Below are positions 27,927 to 37,415 of a stretch of DNA of 64,000 nt, piece by piece. The position numbers and the translations under genes were made by a program. Source of the stretch: an uncultured Micrococcales bacterium (GTDB taxonomy: Bacteria > Actinomycetota > Actinomycetes > Actinomycetales > Microbacteriaceae); contig CAJXZO010000005.1 of NCBI GenBank assembly GCA_913062975.1, positions 4,473 through 68,472 of the forward strand, read 5' to 3'. The notes below the pieces were generated by a model. The model had not been told where the DNA came from. It saw nothing but the letters and a program-made list of their open reading frames with translations, and did no database searches. Numbering within the stretch: position 1 is the stretch's first letter; every line of letters starts with the position of its first letter.

Positions 27927-28508
27927 ATGGACAGAGACCAATCAACCATTGAAGCGGTTGCCACAGCACTAAAACGAATCCGAGCTCGCATGGGAATGAC
28001 GGTTGAAGACCTGTCAAAACGAGCAGGTGTGAGTGCCGGAGTCATCAGTCAGTTGGAGCGTGGCATTGGTAACCCATCACTGCAGACGCTGAGCAGGTTG
28101 GCAGCGGGCCTTTCGGTTGAACTTTCACAGATTTTAGATTTAGAAAACACAAACTCCTCTCCTCTTGTCACCAAAGATCAACGAAAAAAATTGGACCCAA
28201 TTGACAAGGAGTCAGACGAGGCAGGGCTTCAGCGAGAGCTGTTGACGCCATCTCTTTCCACATCGTTGCAACTAATCGAAACTGTTATGCCAGTTGGCTT
28301 TTCAAACGCCGATAGACCTTTCCGCAGACTTGGAACAGAGTGCGTGTTAGTTCTGAAGGGCAAGGTAAAAATTCACCATGGTGAGGACTCCCACACTCTA
28401 AATGCTGGTGACTCACTCACCTATGACTGCACTAAAACCCACTGGTGGGAAAACGTGGGCGACTCGAAGGCGGTTGTTCTGGGTGCAGCGACCCCGTTTG
28501 GAGATTAG
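27927..28508 (+). CDS. XRE-family HTH plus C-terminal cupin transcriptional regulator (PuuR-like architecture)
   Basis: ORF 27912..28508. HTH_3 region MTVEDLSKRAGVSAGVISQLERG, and a cupin-like tail (HHGEDSHTLNAGDSLTYDCTKTHWWEN). The first ATG is at 27927; 27912 is a TTG. Confidence 0.8.
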   Translation: MDRDQSTIEAVATALKRIRARMGMTVEDLSKRAGVSAGVISQLERGIGNPSLQTLSRLAAGLSVELSQILDLENTNSSPLVTKDQRKKLDPIDKESDEAGLQRELLTPSLSTSLQLIETVMPVGFSNADRPFRRLGTECVLVLKGKVKIHHGEDSHTLNAGDSLTYDCTKTHWWENVGDSKAVVLGAATPFGD

Positions 28509-29152
28509 GCGAGAAGCCTGAGCCTCTCTTCCGCCAAAGCTAGTTTCAAAATTCGATCCAATTCCTGCAGGGGAGTCTCGTGCTCATCAACCCTGATGTC
28601 TATTTCTGCAACTGAATAATCAGAACCCATTGCCAACATGTCTCTTCCCAAAATTGCTGCACTCTGCAACCCCCTGGAATCCCCACCGGCTGTTTGACCA
28701 GCGAACATCATTTCCATTGCCAGTTTTGACAAATCTGCGAGCCCTTCAACAGGGCGAAACTTATTACGCATAGATTGAATCACATCTGGACCACTGAGCA
28801 GATTTCCAATGATTGCAAACCCTGCTTCTGCAACTCCCCCCGCCATAGACAAGCACTCCGAACCAGTTCGAAAAGCGGAATCTCCAGACATATTCATTAG
28901 CGCCATCTGCCTTGTTTCTAGATCGTTATCTTTAGCAAGTGAAGCCTCCAAGGCGAGTTTTGGATCTAGGCCTGATGCCAAGTTTTCAAAACCAAGGCCC
29001 CTAAGTTCAGGGTTGGTCAGTGCTTGGGATAAAACCCCACCAATTCTGGGACGAATGGCCATCACGGATGCTCCAACCGACAGGGTTTTTGTGGCGGCTG
29101 CGGCAACCATAAATCGTCGCTGCCCGTCCATCACCAGCAAAGAAAAAGTCAT
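28505..29152 (-). CDS. DUF1028 family protein (Ntn-hydrolase-like fold)
   Basis: ORF 28505..29320. The family-typical start MTFSLLV... is at M57. The 56 upstream codons are hydrophobic, AT-rich read-through into the divergent promoter region. Confidence 0.65.
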   Translation of the reverse strand: MTFSLLVMDGQRRFMVAAAATKTLSVGASVMAIRPRIGGVLSQALTNPELRGLGFENLASGLDPKLALEASLAKDNDLETRQMALMNMSGDSAFRTGSECLSMAGGVAEAGFAIIGNLLSGPDVIQSMRNKFRPVEGLADLSKLAMEMMFAGQTAGGDSRGLQSAAILGRDMLAMGSDYSVAEIDIRVDEHETPLQELDRILKLALAEERLRLLA

Positions 29153-29175
29153 CCAAACTCCTAAAACAAAAGTTT

Positions 29176-29257
29176 CAATCTTGTAAAAGATTGCATCAGA
29201 AGCTACATTAGCGTAAATGTAGTAGCAAAATGAAGATGTGTTCATTTGAATGAACAC
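29176..29257. promoter_or_regulatory. Three perfect palindromes: CAATCTTgtaaAAGATTG (29176-29193), CTACATTagcgtaAATGTAG (29203-29222), GTGTTCATTtgAATGAACAC (29238-29257)
   Basis: Read directly in the 130-bp divergent region between the DUF1028 gene and the Dpp-type SBP gene. The 20-bp palindrome ends 25 nt before the SBP ATG. Confidence 0.55.
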
Positions 29258-29282
29258 TCTTACGTAGCTTAAGGAGAGAGCC

Positions 29283-30857
29283 ATGAGGACCAAAAACGGT
29301 AACACGCTCAAAAAGACCATTGGCGCAACAGCAGTTAGTGCAGCTTTGCTGCTATCACTCGCTGCTTGTGCGACAGACGAACCAGAACCCGTTGAAAACG
29401 GTGATGATGCATCACCCTCAACTTCGACTGAGACCGAGTCTCAAACTCTGATTGCTGCAATCGGAGGCGAACCAGACCAGTTGGACCCACACATCACCAG
29501 TGCTTACTTCTCGTTCCAGGTATTGGAAAATGTCTACGACACCTTGGTAGAGCCAGATGAGAACCTGGCGATGCAGCCAGCCCTTGCCGAGTCTTGGGAG
29601 GTTAGCGATGACCTTTTGACTTGGACATTCGACTTGCGTGAAGGTGTCACCTTCCACGACGGCAGCGACTTCACCGCTGACGATGTTGTATACAGCTACA
29701 AGCGAATCATTGATGAGGCATTGAACCCATCATGGCGCTTCGCTTCAGTCACTGACGTGGTGGCTGTGGACGACTTCACAGTTGAGATTCAGTTAAGCTC
29801 TCCAACCCCAAACCTGCTGGCAGCAATTGGCGGTTATAAAGGAATGAGCATTGTCAGTCAGGCCAACGTTGAAAGTGGCGAGATTGTCTCCAATCCAATC
29901 GGAACTGGCCCTTTCAAAATGGAAAGCTACGACGTAGCTGACAGCATTGTTTTGTCAGCTAATGAGGATTACTGGGGTGGAGCCCCCGCGATTGATGAAC
30001 TTGAATTCAGGTTCATCGCAGAGGGATCCACAGCACTAACCGCTCTGAGAAACGGTGAGATTCACTGGACTGATTCAATCCCGCCACAGAGCGTGGAAGA
30101 CCTTTCCTCAGAGTCAGGCATCAGCCTGGGTCAGGTGGGCTCAAGTGATTACTGGTACTTAGCTTTCAACATGAACAGAACTCCATGGGATGACGTTCGT
30201 GTTCGTCAGGCAGTTGCCTATGCGTTGGACCGCGAAGCCATCACCACGGCGGCTCTGCTTGGAAATGCAACCGTGAACCAGACTGCCATTCCAGCTTCCA
30301 GTGACTGGTCAAGCGATTACGCTCCATACAGCTTGGACCTTGAAACCGCTCAGTCTTTGATGGATGAAGCAGGAGTTGACTCCGCAGAGATGGAGCTGAT
30401 GGTTTCTTCTGACTATCCAGAGACCGTAACCGCAGCCCAGGTTATTTCAGCGCAGCTCGCTGAGATTGGAATCAACGTTTCAATCACAACCCTGGATTTC
30501 TCGACTTGGTTGGATGGTCAGGCAAATGGTGACTTCGACATGCTGATGATGGGTTGGTTGGGAAACATTGACCCTGATGACTTCTACTACGCCCAGCACC
30601 ACTCAACCGGAGGCTTCAACGCCCAGGGTTATTCAAACCCAGAGGTTGATGAGTTGCTAGACAGTGGTCGCACGACTGCAGATCCTGAGGCCCGAAAGGT
30701 CTTTTATGACGATGCTGCAAAAATCATTGTTGACGAAGTTAGTTACCTGTATCTTTACAACCCAGATGTTGTTCAGGCATGGAGTGACAGCGTTCAGGGA
30801 TATGTTGCACGTGGAGACCAAGCAATTCGTTTCCGAGATGCATCAATTTCAGAGTAG
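29283..30857 (+). CDS. Peptide/nickel-type (family 5) ABC transporter substrate-binding lipoprotein
   Basis: 524 aa. Lipobox LSLAAC and an SBP_bac_5 pattern. AAGGAGAGAG lies upstream. Confidence 0.85.
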   Translation: MRTKNGNTLKKTIGATAVSAALLLSLAACATDEPEPVENGDDASPSTSTETESQTLIAAIGGEPDQLDPHITSAYFSFQVLENVYDTLVEPDENLAMQPALAESWEVSDDLLTWTFDLREGVTFHDGSDFTADDVVYSYKRIIDEALNPSWRFASVTDVVAVDDFTVEIQLSSPTPNLLAAIGGYKGMSIVSQANVESGEIVSNPIGTGPFKMESYDVADSIVLSANEDYWGGAPAIDELEFRFIAEGSTALTALRNGEIHWTDSIPPQSVEDLSSESGISLGQVGSSDYWYLAFNMNRTPWDDVRVRQAVAYALDREAITTAALLGNATVNQTAIPASSDWSSDYAPYSLDLETAQSLMDEAGVDSAEMELMVSSDYPETVTAAQVISAQLAEIGINVSITTLDFSTWLDGQANGDFDMLMMGWLGNIDPDDFYYAQHHSTGGFNAQGYSNPEVDELLDSGRTTADPEARKVFYDDAAKIIVDEVSYLYLYNPDVVQAWSDSVQGYVARGDQAIRFRDASISE

Positions 30858-30885
30858 TAATTAAGGCAAGGGAGACCCTGAACCG

Positions 30886-31827
30886 ATGATCAAATATGTG
30901 GCGAGAAGAATCTCGCACATGGTGGTTGTTTTGTTCGGGGTCTCCATTGCTGTTTTCTCACTCGTACATTTGGTGCCAGGTGATCCAATCAGGGTCGCTT
31001 TAGGAACCAGGTTTAATGAAGAGACCTATCAGGCCCTACTGGTTTCCAGTGGTTTAGACCGTCCACTTCTAGAGCAGTATGTGACATATATCTTTGGCCT
31101 GCTGCAGGGGGACTTCGGGGTTAGTTTTAGAAGCGGCGGCCCAGTCAGTGAAGTCTTGTTCGAAAGACTCCCGGCAACTGTTTCATTGGCGAGTTTCGGA
31201 ATTATTCTGGCGATCATCATCGCCATTCCGCTTGGCGTTATCGCAGCACTAAATGATGGCAAAGCAGCCGACGGTGGCATCAGGGTTTTCAGTCAAATCG
31301 GAGTGAGCCTTCCAGATTTCTGGACAGCCATGCTTTTTATCCTGCTTCTTTCTGCAACTTTGCAGATTCTCCCCTCGAGTGGATATGTTCCGTTTGGGGA
31401 AGATCCCGTGCAGTGGTTGCGACATCTGATTATTCCGGGTCTAACGGTTGGCTTAATCGCCTCTTCAATCATCACGCGCTACGTTCGCTCCAGCGTGCTG
31501 GAGATCATCAACTCAGATCATGTTAGAACCGCTGAGAGCAAAGGTCTAAGCCGATCCAGAGTGATCAGGCAGCACGTTTTGAGAAATGCCCTGCCTCCGA
31601 TTATGACAATCAGCGGAGTTCAGTTCGCAACCATGCTCGGCGGTGTAATTGTTGTTGAGGTAGTGGTGGCATGGCCCGGCCTCGGAAGATTAGTTTTTGA
31701 TGCAGTTGCAACTCGCGATTATCCAGTTATCCAGGGTGTTGTGATGTTAATTGCGGTTGCATTCCTGGTTATCAATCTTTTGGTGGATGTCTTGCAGGCG
31801 AGGCTGGATCCGAGGGTGCTCAGATGA
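30886..31827 (+). CDS. Peptide ABC transporter permease (DppB/OppB-like)
   Basis: 313 aa. Starts MIKYVARRI, which is typical of DppB, and has a BPD_transp_1 pattern. Confidence 0.85.
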   Translation: MIKYVARRISHMVVVLFGVSIAVFSLVHLVPGDPIRVALGTRFNEETYQALLVSSGLDRPLLEQYVTYIFGLLQGDFGVSFRSGGPVSEVLFERLPATVSLASFGIILAIIIAIPLGVIAALNDGKAADGGIRVFSQIGVSLPDFWTAMLFILLLSATLQILPSSGYVPFGEDPVQWLRHLIIPGLTVGLIASSIITRYVRSSVLEIINSDHVRTAESKGLSRSRVIRQHVLRNALPPIMTISGVQFATMLGGVIVVEVVVAWPGLGRLVFDAVATRDYPVIQGVVMLIAVAFLVINLLVDVLQARLDPRVLR

Positions 31828-32657
31828 TCAAAAAGATTTTCTCTAGACCCACGGGTGTATTCAGCTTATTGGTGTTGGCAACAATATTTTTTATCGCTGT
31901 CTTCGGCCAACTGATCACCCCACAGGGCCCCAATGAAATCAATGTGGCGAACATGTTGCAGCCTCCCAGCCCGGAGCATTTTTTTGGAACTGATGAGCTG
32001 GGCCGAGATGTTTTATCAAGGACAATCCTGAGTGCTCAGGTGTCGATGCAGGTGAGTTTGATTTCAGTTTCATTTGCCTTGTTTTTCGGCACTGCTGCTG
32101 GGGTCATGGCAGGCTACTTCGGGGGCTGGCTGGATAACCTGCTGATGAGAATCGTTGATGTTTTGTTTGCCTTCCCGGTATTGCTGCTGGCGTTGGCGAT
32201 TGTTGCCATTCTGGGTCCAGGAATTGGAACCGCAACATTTGCAATTGGGGTGGTTTATGTGCCGATCTTTGCTCGCGTGGCAAGGTCGAGTGCAGTCAGT
32301 GTGGTTCAGGAACCTTATGTGAAGGCTGCCAAAACAGTGGGGGCGTCTCCGCTAAGGACAATCACCACCCACCTATTGCCAAACATCGCTGCACCATTGA
32401 TTGTGCAGACATCAATTTCACTTGCCTTTGCAATTTTGAACGAGGCAGCACTTAGCTTTTTGGGACTGGGAGCTCAACCACCAACACCAACCTGGGGAAG
32501 AATGCTGTTTGACGCAAAGGGTTTCTTAGACCAGGCCTGGTGGATGGCGGTTTTCCCAGGCGCAACAGTTTTTCTCACAGTCCTTGCATTCAATCTCTTG
32601 GGTGACAACCTGAGGGATGCTTTGGATGTCACCGTGGACAGGAAAGAGTCCAAGTGA
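31824..32657 (+). CDS. Peptide ABC transporter permease (DppC/OppC-like)
   Basis: 277 aa with the FGTDELGRDVLSR motif. ATGA overlap with the upstream gene. Confidence 0.85.
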   Translation: MIKKIFSRPTGVFSLLVLATIFFIAVFGQLITPQGPNEINVANMLQPPSPEHFFGTDELGRDVLSRTILSAQVSMQVSLISVSFALFFGTAAGVMAGYFGGWLDNLLMRIVDVLFAFPVLLLALAIVAILGPGIGTATFAIGVVYVPIFARVARSSAVSVVQEPYVKAAKTVGASPLRTITTHLLPNIAAPLIVQTSISLAFAILNEAALSFLGLGAQPPTPTWGRMLFDAKGFLDQAWWMAVFPGATVFLTVLAFNLLGDNLRDALDVTVDRKESK

Positions 32658-33625
32658 GTGCTGTATTCGGAGTTGACAACCTCAGTCTAAAGATTGGTAA
32701 AAACCAGATTCTGAGAGAGGTTAGTTGGAACGTCTCTAGAGGCGAGACCCTGGGCATTGTTGGCGAGAGCGGGTCGGGAAAGTCAATGAGCGTCTTGGCA
32801 GCCTCAGGCCTTCTTCCAAAATTCAGAAAAAACATCACCGGGGATGCCTTTTTAGCTCTTGAATCAGAACAGCAAAGTTTATTGGACATGCCTTCTTCAG
32901 AGATCAGGAAGCTTCGGGGCAGTCGAATCGGCTTTGTTTTTCAAGACCCGCAGAGCTCTCTAAACCCATTGATGACAGTGGAGCAGCAGTTATCAGAGAT
33001 GATCAAATTGCACATGAAGCTCAAGGGCAAACAACTGCAGGAGAGACTGGAAGAACTGCTCGAACTGGTTGGCATTGCAGACCCAGAGCGGCGACTGAAG
33101 GCTTACCCGCATGAGCTCAGCGGAGGCATGCGCCAGCGAGTGATGATTGCTATTGCACTTAGTTGTGATCCAGATGTGTTAATTGCGGATGAGCCCACCA
33201 CAGCACTCGATGTCACCATTCAGGCACAAATAGTCGAGCTTGTTCAAAATCTCCAAAAAAGACTTGGCATGGCAGTTGTTTGGATAAGCCACGACCTCAG
33301 TTTGGTTGGGCAGCTGGCAGACCGAATAGTGGTTATGTATGGTGGCGAGATCCTAGAAAGCTGTGAAACCAAACAGCTGTTTGCAAACCCAAGACACCCC
33401 TACACCCAGGCGCTGCTTGCTTCCAAGCCCACCATGGACAAATCCATCAAGCTCTCTACAATTCCCGGCAGCCCACCATTAACCACCGAGGCAGTTGACA
33501 GATGTGTTTTCTATGACCGCTGCCAATTCAAATCAGATCCAAGGTGTGCAACTGAAAGACCTCCTTTGACTGCTGTGGGTGGAGATGAAAGTCATCTGGT
33601 TCGAACTTTTTGTGAGGTGCCATGA
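32654..33625 (+). CDS. Peptide ABC transporter ATP-binding protein (DppD/OppD-like)
   Basis: Walker A GESGSGKS, signature LSGGMRQR, Walker B LIADEP, and an oligopeptide C-terminal extension. GTGA overlap with the upstream gene. Confidence 0.85.
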   Translation: MSAVFGVDNLSLKIGKNQILREVSWNVSRGETLGIVGESGSGKSMSVLAASGLLPKFRKNITGDAFLALESEQQSLLDMPSSEIRKLRGSRIGFVFQDPQSSLNPLMTVEQQLSEMIKLHMKLKGKQLQERLEELLELVGIADPERRLKAYPHELSGGMRQRVMIAIALSCDPDVLIADEPTTALDVTIQAQIVELVQNLQKRLGMAVVWISHDLSLVGQLADRIVVMYGGEILESCETKQLFANPRHPYTQALLASKPTMDKSIKLSTIPGSPPLTTEAVDRCVFYDRCQFKSDPRCATERPPLTAVGGDESHLVRTFCEVP

Positions 33626-34626
33626 GTCTTCTAGAAGTGAACAACCTGTCGGTCACCTTCAAGACCGCCCAAGGTGAAATTAGAGCCGTTCAGGACGTCT
33701 CTTTTTCGCTGGAAAAAGGAAAAACAATTGGTTTGGTTGGTGAAAGCGGCAGCGGCAAGTCAACGATTGCTAACGCCATCATCGGAATCGTTGAAAACCC
33801 TGAGGGGGAAATTAGTTTTAGGGGAGACAAAATTGTTGGACTTCAGGGGAAAAAGCGCAAGGCCCTGAAAAAAGATGTGTCAATGGTGTTTCAAGATCCG
33901 ATGGCCTCACTCGATCCCAGGAGAACAATCGCTCAGTCAATCATGGAACCCGTTGAGGTTCACAGACTTTATCGAGGCAAACGCAAAAAACGTCTGAAAG
34001 AACTATTGGAAATGGTCGGCTTGGACGAATCCTTTGGAAAGCGATTCCCCAGGCAGTTGTCTGGAGGCCAAAGGCAAAGAGCCTGCATCGCCAGAGCGCT
34101 GGCTAGTGACCCAGAGCTTGTGATCTTGGATGAGGCAACCGCATCTCTGGATGTCTCGGTACAGGCGAGCATTCTGAATCTCTTGAAAAAAATTCAACAG
34201 GAAAGGGGCCTAAGTTATCTCTTTATCTCGCATGACCTCGCTGTGGTGAATTACATGAGTGACGAGGTGATGGTTTTGTATCTTGGCAAGACCATGGAAT
34301 CAATGCCGGCAGCAGATCTGTTCACCGGTGAAAAGCTGTATTTTGGAAAATCATCCCATCCATACACACATGCTTTGCTAAGTGCCGTTCCAGACGAGGA
34401 CCCAAACGACCCACCAACAACCAGAATCATGCTGGAGGGGGATTTACCAAGTCCGGCCAACCCTCCCAGTGGTTGTGTTTTCAGAACTCGTTGTCCGTTG
34501 GCTACTGAGGTTTGCGCGGAAAAAATCCCAGAGGCAGTTAAACTCGGGCCAGATCATGTCGTTAGTTGCCATCATCACGAGCAAGCCGCGAAACAGATCT
34601 ATTTCGAGTCACCAACTGAAAGCTAG
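33622..34626 (+). CDS. Peptide ABC transporter ATP-binding protein (DppF/OppF-like)
   Basis: Walker [10 protein letters not shown], signature LSGGQRQR, Walker B VILDEA, and a C-terminal GCVFRTRCP motif. Confidence 0.85.
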   Translation: MSLLEVNNLSVTFKTAQGEIRAVQDVSFSLEKGKTIGLVGESGSGKSTIANAIIGIVENPEGEISFRGDKIVGLQGKKRKALKKDVSMVFQDPMASLDPRRTIAQSIMEPVEVHRLYRGKRKKRLKELLEMVGLDESFGKRFPRQLSGGQRQRACIARALASDPELVILDEATASLDVSVQASILNLLKKIQQERGLSYLFISHDLAVVNYMSDEVMVLYLGKTMESMPAADLFTGEKLYFGKSSHPYTHALLSAVPDEDPNDPPTTRIMLEGDLPSPANPPSGCVFRTRCPLATEVCAEKIPEAVKLGPDHVVSCHHHEQAAKQIYFESPTES

Positions 34627-34631
34627 AGGTA

Positions 34632-36056
34632 ATGGGCGAAACAAGATTAGAAAAAGACCTGATTGGCCAAAGAGAAGTTCCAGCTGACGCATATTACGGC
34701 ATTCACACTCATAGAGCCTTAGAGAATTTTCCAATCTCGCTTGTTCCGATTGGTCACTATCCTTCTCAGGTGAGGGCCCTGGGTCAGGTGAAATTGGCTT
34801 CGGCAAGAGCCAATTTAGAACTCGGTGTGATTTCAGAGTCAGAGGGCCGAGTCATTGAAGAAGCTTGCCTCGAAGTAATAAACGGTGACTGGGACCACGA
34901 GTTTGTGGTGGACGCCATTCAAGGTGGAGCTGGAACCTCGACAAACATGAATGCAAACGAAGTGATTGCCAACAGGGCTTTGGAGCTACTCGGCCACAAC
35001 AAAGGTCAATACCAATACCTTCATCCACTGAATCACGTCAACGCATCTCAATCAACAAATGATGTTTACCCAACCTCAATTCAGGTTTCATTGCTGAATG
35101 AACTGACAGAGCTTATTGAGGAACTTCAAAAAACTTGCTCGACAATTGAACAAAAATCCAGAGAGTTCTCGCAAATCCTGAAAATGGGCAGGACCCAGCT
35201 TCAGGATGCGGTGCCAATGACGCTGGGCCAGGAGTTCTCCACCTTCTCGGAGATGCTTAGAGCAGATATCAAAAAAATCCAAGAATTTGTCCCAATGTTG
35301 GCCGAGGTGCATCTGGGTGGCACCGCAATTGGAACTGGACTGAATGCGCCCCCCAGCTATTCGCAGGTTGTAACAAGGCATCTTTCAGAGATTCTCGGCA
35401 TTGAAATAACGGTGGCAGAAAACCGAATTCACGCAACTCAAGACACAAATGACTTCATCCTCACCTCAGGAATCCTGAAACGAATTGCCATCAAGCTCTC
35501 TAAAATCTCCAACGACCTAAGGCTTCTATCCAGTGGTCCGAGGAGCGGTTTGGGAGAGATTAATCTGCCAGAGCGCCAGGCTGGATCTTCAATCATGCCC
35601 GGCAAGGTAAATCCAGTGATACCTGAGGTAATCAATCAAATTGCGTTCACCGTTATCGGCAATGACCTGACAGTCACACTTGCAAGCGAAGCAGGACAGC
35701 TGCAACTAAATGCGTTTGAGCCTGTGATTTCGAGGTCACTGATGATGAATATTAATTATCTCAAAAGAGGCCTGATGGTTCTCAGGGAATACTGCATCAA
35801 AGACATCACAGCCAACAAGGAGTTCCTAATTCACAGTGTTGAAAACTCGATTGGTTTGGTCACAGCACTCAGCCCACGTCTTGGCTATGAGTTGACGACT
35901 AAAGTTGCCCAACATGCTCTGGAGCACGACAAAACGGTCAGAGAATCAGTTTTGGAGTTGGAGCTAATGAATGAGAGAGAGTTTGATGAGCTTTTGGGAA
36001 ATCCCCTGAAATTGATTGGGGATTTGGCCCAGCAGGAAACCACTGAACTGGAATAA
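34632..36056 (+). CDS. aspA: Aspartate ammonia-lyase (aspartase)
   Basis: EKDLIGQREVPADAYYGIHTHRALENF at the N-terminus, and QAGSSIMPGKVNPVIPEVINQIAFTVIGND, which is the aspartase-type variant of the lyase_1 signature. Confidence 0.85.
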   Translation: MGETRLEKDLIGQREVPADAYYGIHTHRALENFPISLVPIGHYPSQVRALGQVKLASARANLELGVISESEGRVIEEACLEVINGDWDHEFVVDAIQGGAGTSTNMNANEVIANRALELLGHNKGQYQYLHPLNHVNASQSTNDVYPTSIQVSLLNELTELIEELQKTCSTIEQKSREFSQILKMGRTQLQDAVPMTLGQEFSTFSEMLRADIKKIQEFVPMLAEVHLGGTAIGTGLNAPPSYSQVVTRHLSEILGIEITVAENRIHATQDTNDFILTSGILKRIAIKLSKISNDLRLLSSGPRSGLGEINLPERQAGSSIMPGKVNPVIPEVINQIAFTVIGNDLTVTLASEAGQLQLNAFEPVISRSLMMNINYLKRGLMVLREYCIKDITANKEFLIHSVENSIGLVTALSPRLGYELTTKVAQHALEHDKTVRESVLELELMNEREFDELLGNPLKLIGDLAQQETTELE

Positions 36057-36061
36057 CCAAA

Positions 36062-37249
36062 CTAGTCACCAAGGTGCGTGAGTGCCATTGTGGCAAGCCA
36101 GGCTGCCCCATCCGCCACCACTGAATCATCAAAAACTGCTTGAGTTGAATGGTTTGTAGGTGCTGTTTCATAATCACTACCTGCTGGGCAAGCACCGAGG
36201 AAAATAAAGTTTCCAGGCACTTTTTTGAGAATTGAAGAGAAATCCTCACCACCTGTTATTGGTTCTTCCATTTCTAAAAACCGCTCTTCTCCGAATTCTT
36301 CAACCACTGCCCTCTTGCTAAGTTCAAAATTTTCTGGGTTGTTGTTCACCACGGAGCTTGCAGGATTGAAGCGGTGAGACACCTGAACATCGTGAGTTGC
36401 GGCAATGGACTCTAGATACTGTGGCAATAATGCTTTCACCTGATCCAAAGACTCGTCAGAAAAGGTTCTAATGGTGGCACCAAAACTGGCTGCTTCTGGA
36501 ATCACATTTGTTGTTGATTCATCACCTGCCTTCACCCATCCGACATTGATGATCACGGGTTTCAAGGGACTTAATTTTTGCGTTATGAATCCTTGTAGAG
36601 ATGAAATCATCGCAACTGCGGCAATAATCGGGTCTTTTGCCAGCCAAGGCATCGAACCGTGGCCACCCTGGCCCTTCACTGTCACCACAACACCGCTGGC
36701 GCTTGCCATGAGCGCCCCGGCACGACCTGCGAAAATCCCCAGCGGCATGGAGCTGAAAACATGCAGGCCATAGCTTGCAACAGCATTTCCCCCAATTTCC
36801 AAAGCGCCCTCTTCAATCATGATGTCTGCCCCACCATGGCCCTCCTCACCGGGCTGGAACCAGATGGAAACTTTTCCACTCCATTGGTCCTTCTGGTTGC
36901 TTAGGAGTTTTGCTGCACCAATGGCTGAGGCCATGTGTAGATCGTGCCCACAAGCGTGCATGAAGCCATTAGTAGAGCTGTATTCAAGATTGGTTTCTTC
37001 ATTTACCGCCAGAGCGTCCATGTCTGAACGAAGGATTACTGTGGGCCCTGGCTTTCCAGAGTCAATGAGTAAAACTATTGAGGAAAGTCGTTTACCAAGG
37101 GTTATCTCACCCAAATGTTCAATCTTGGAAAGCACGTACTGCTGAGTTTTTGGGAGGTCTAAGCCAAACTCTGGAATCTGGTGAAGATCCCTACGAATTT
37201 TGACAAGTTCATCAGCCATTTCACTAGCCTCGGAAACTATTGAACTCAT
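36062..37249 (-). CDS. M20D family amidohydrolase (N-acyl-amino-acid / hippurate hydrolase-like)
   Basis: ORF 36062..37303. ELVKIRRDLHQIPEFG, ACGHDLH and GEEG motifs. The ATG at 37249 follows GGGAGAGG. Confidence 0.8.
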   Translation of the reverse strand: MSSIVSEASEMADELVKIRRDLHQIPEFGLDLPKTQQYVLSKIEHLGEITLGKRLSSIVLLIDSGKPGPTVILRSDMDALAVNEETNLEYSSTNGFMHACGHDLHMASAIGAAKLLSNQKDQWSGKVSIWFQPGEEGHGGADIMIEEGALEIGGNAVASYGLHVFSSMPLGIFAGRAGALMASASGVVVTVKGQGGHGSMPWLAKDPIIAAVAMISSLQGFITQKLSPLKPVIINVGWVKAGDESTTNVIPEAASFGATIRTFSDESLDQVKALLPQYLESIAATHDVQVSHRFNPASSVVNNNPENFELSKRAVVEEFGEERFLEMEEPITGGEDFSSILKKVPGNFIFLGACPAGSDYETAPTNHSTQAVFDDSVVADGAAWLATMALTHLGD

Positions 37250-37415
37250 GGCCTCTCCCGGTTTTTGTATATCCAGTTTAGGCGGTATCGAAACAATGAA
37301 CACACATTCATTTAACTGAACTACTTCATCAAAGATAGAGCTAAGAAGGCAATCAAGGGAACTCGAAACTCAAGCTGGCAATGCTAAAAGAAGGGCTTAA
37401 CAAGCTTGAACCAAA

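Noticed and set aside
29153-29320. N-terminal 56-codon extension of the DUF1028 ORF. Similar long-ORF extensions occur at 2614-2715, 37250-37303, 47271-47378, 54600-54644 and 15274-15309.
   Set aside because: The extensions start at TTG or lack an SD sequence, run through divergent promoter or operator DNA, or overlap the divergent gene. In each case they precede a methionine that matches the family-typical N-terminus (MTFS..., MSKYEVESVWDYPRPP, a lipobox, or the TetR HTH spacing).
26062-37415. Integrative genomic island at tRNA-Leu; the same question was asked at tRNA-Pro and both tRNA-Ser genes
   Set aside because: I noticed no integrase, recombinase, excisionase or transposase gene, and no direct repeat of a tRNA 3' end downstream. 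Composition looks uniform by eye. An exhaustive repeat search was not possible without tools.
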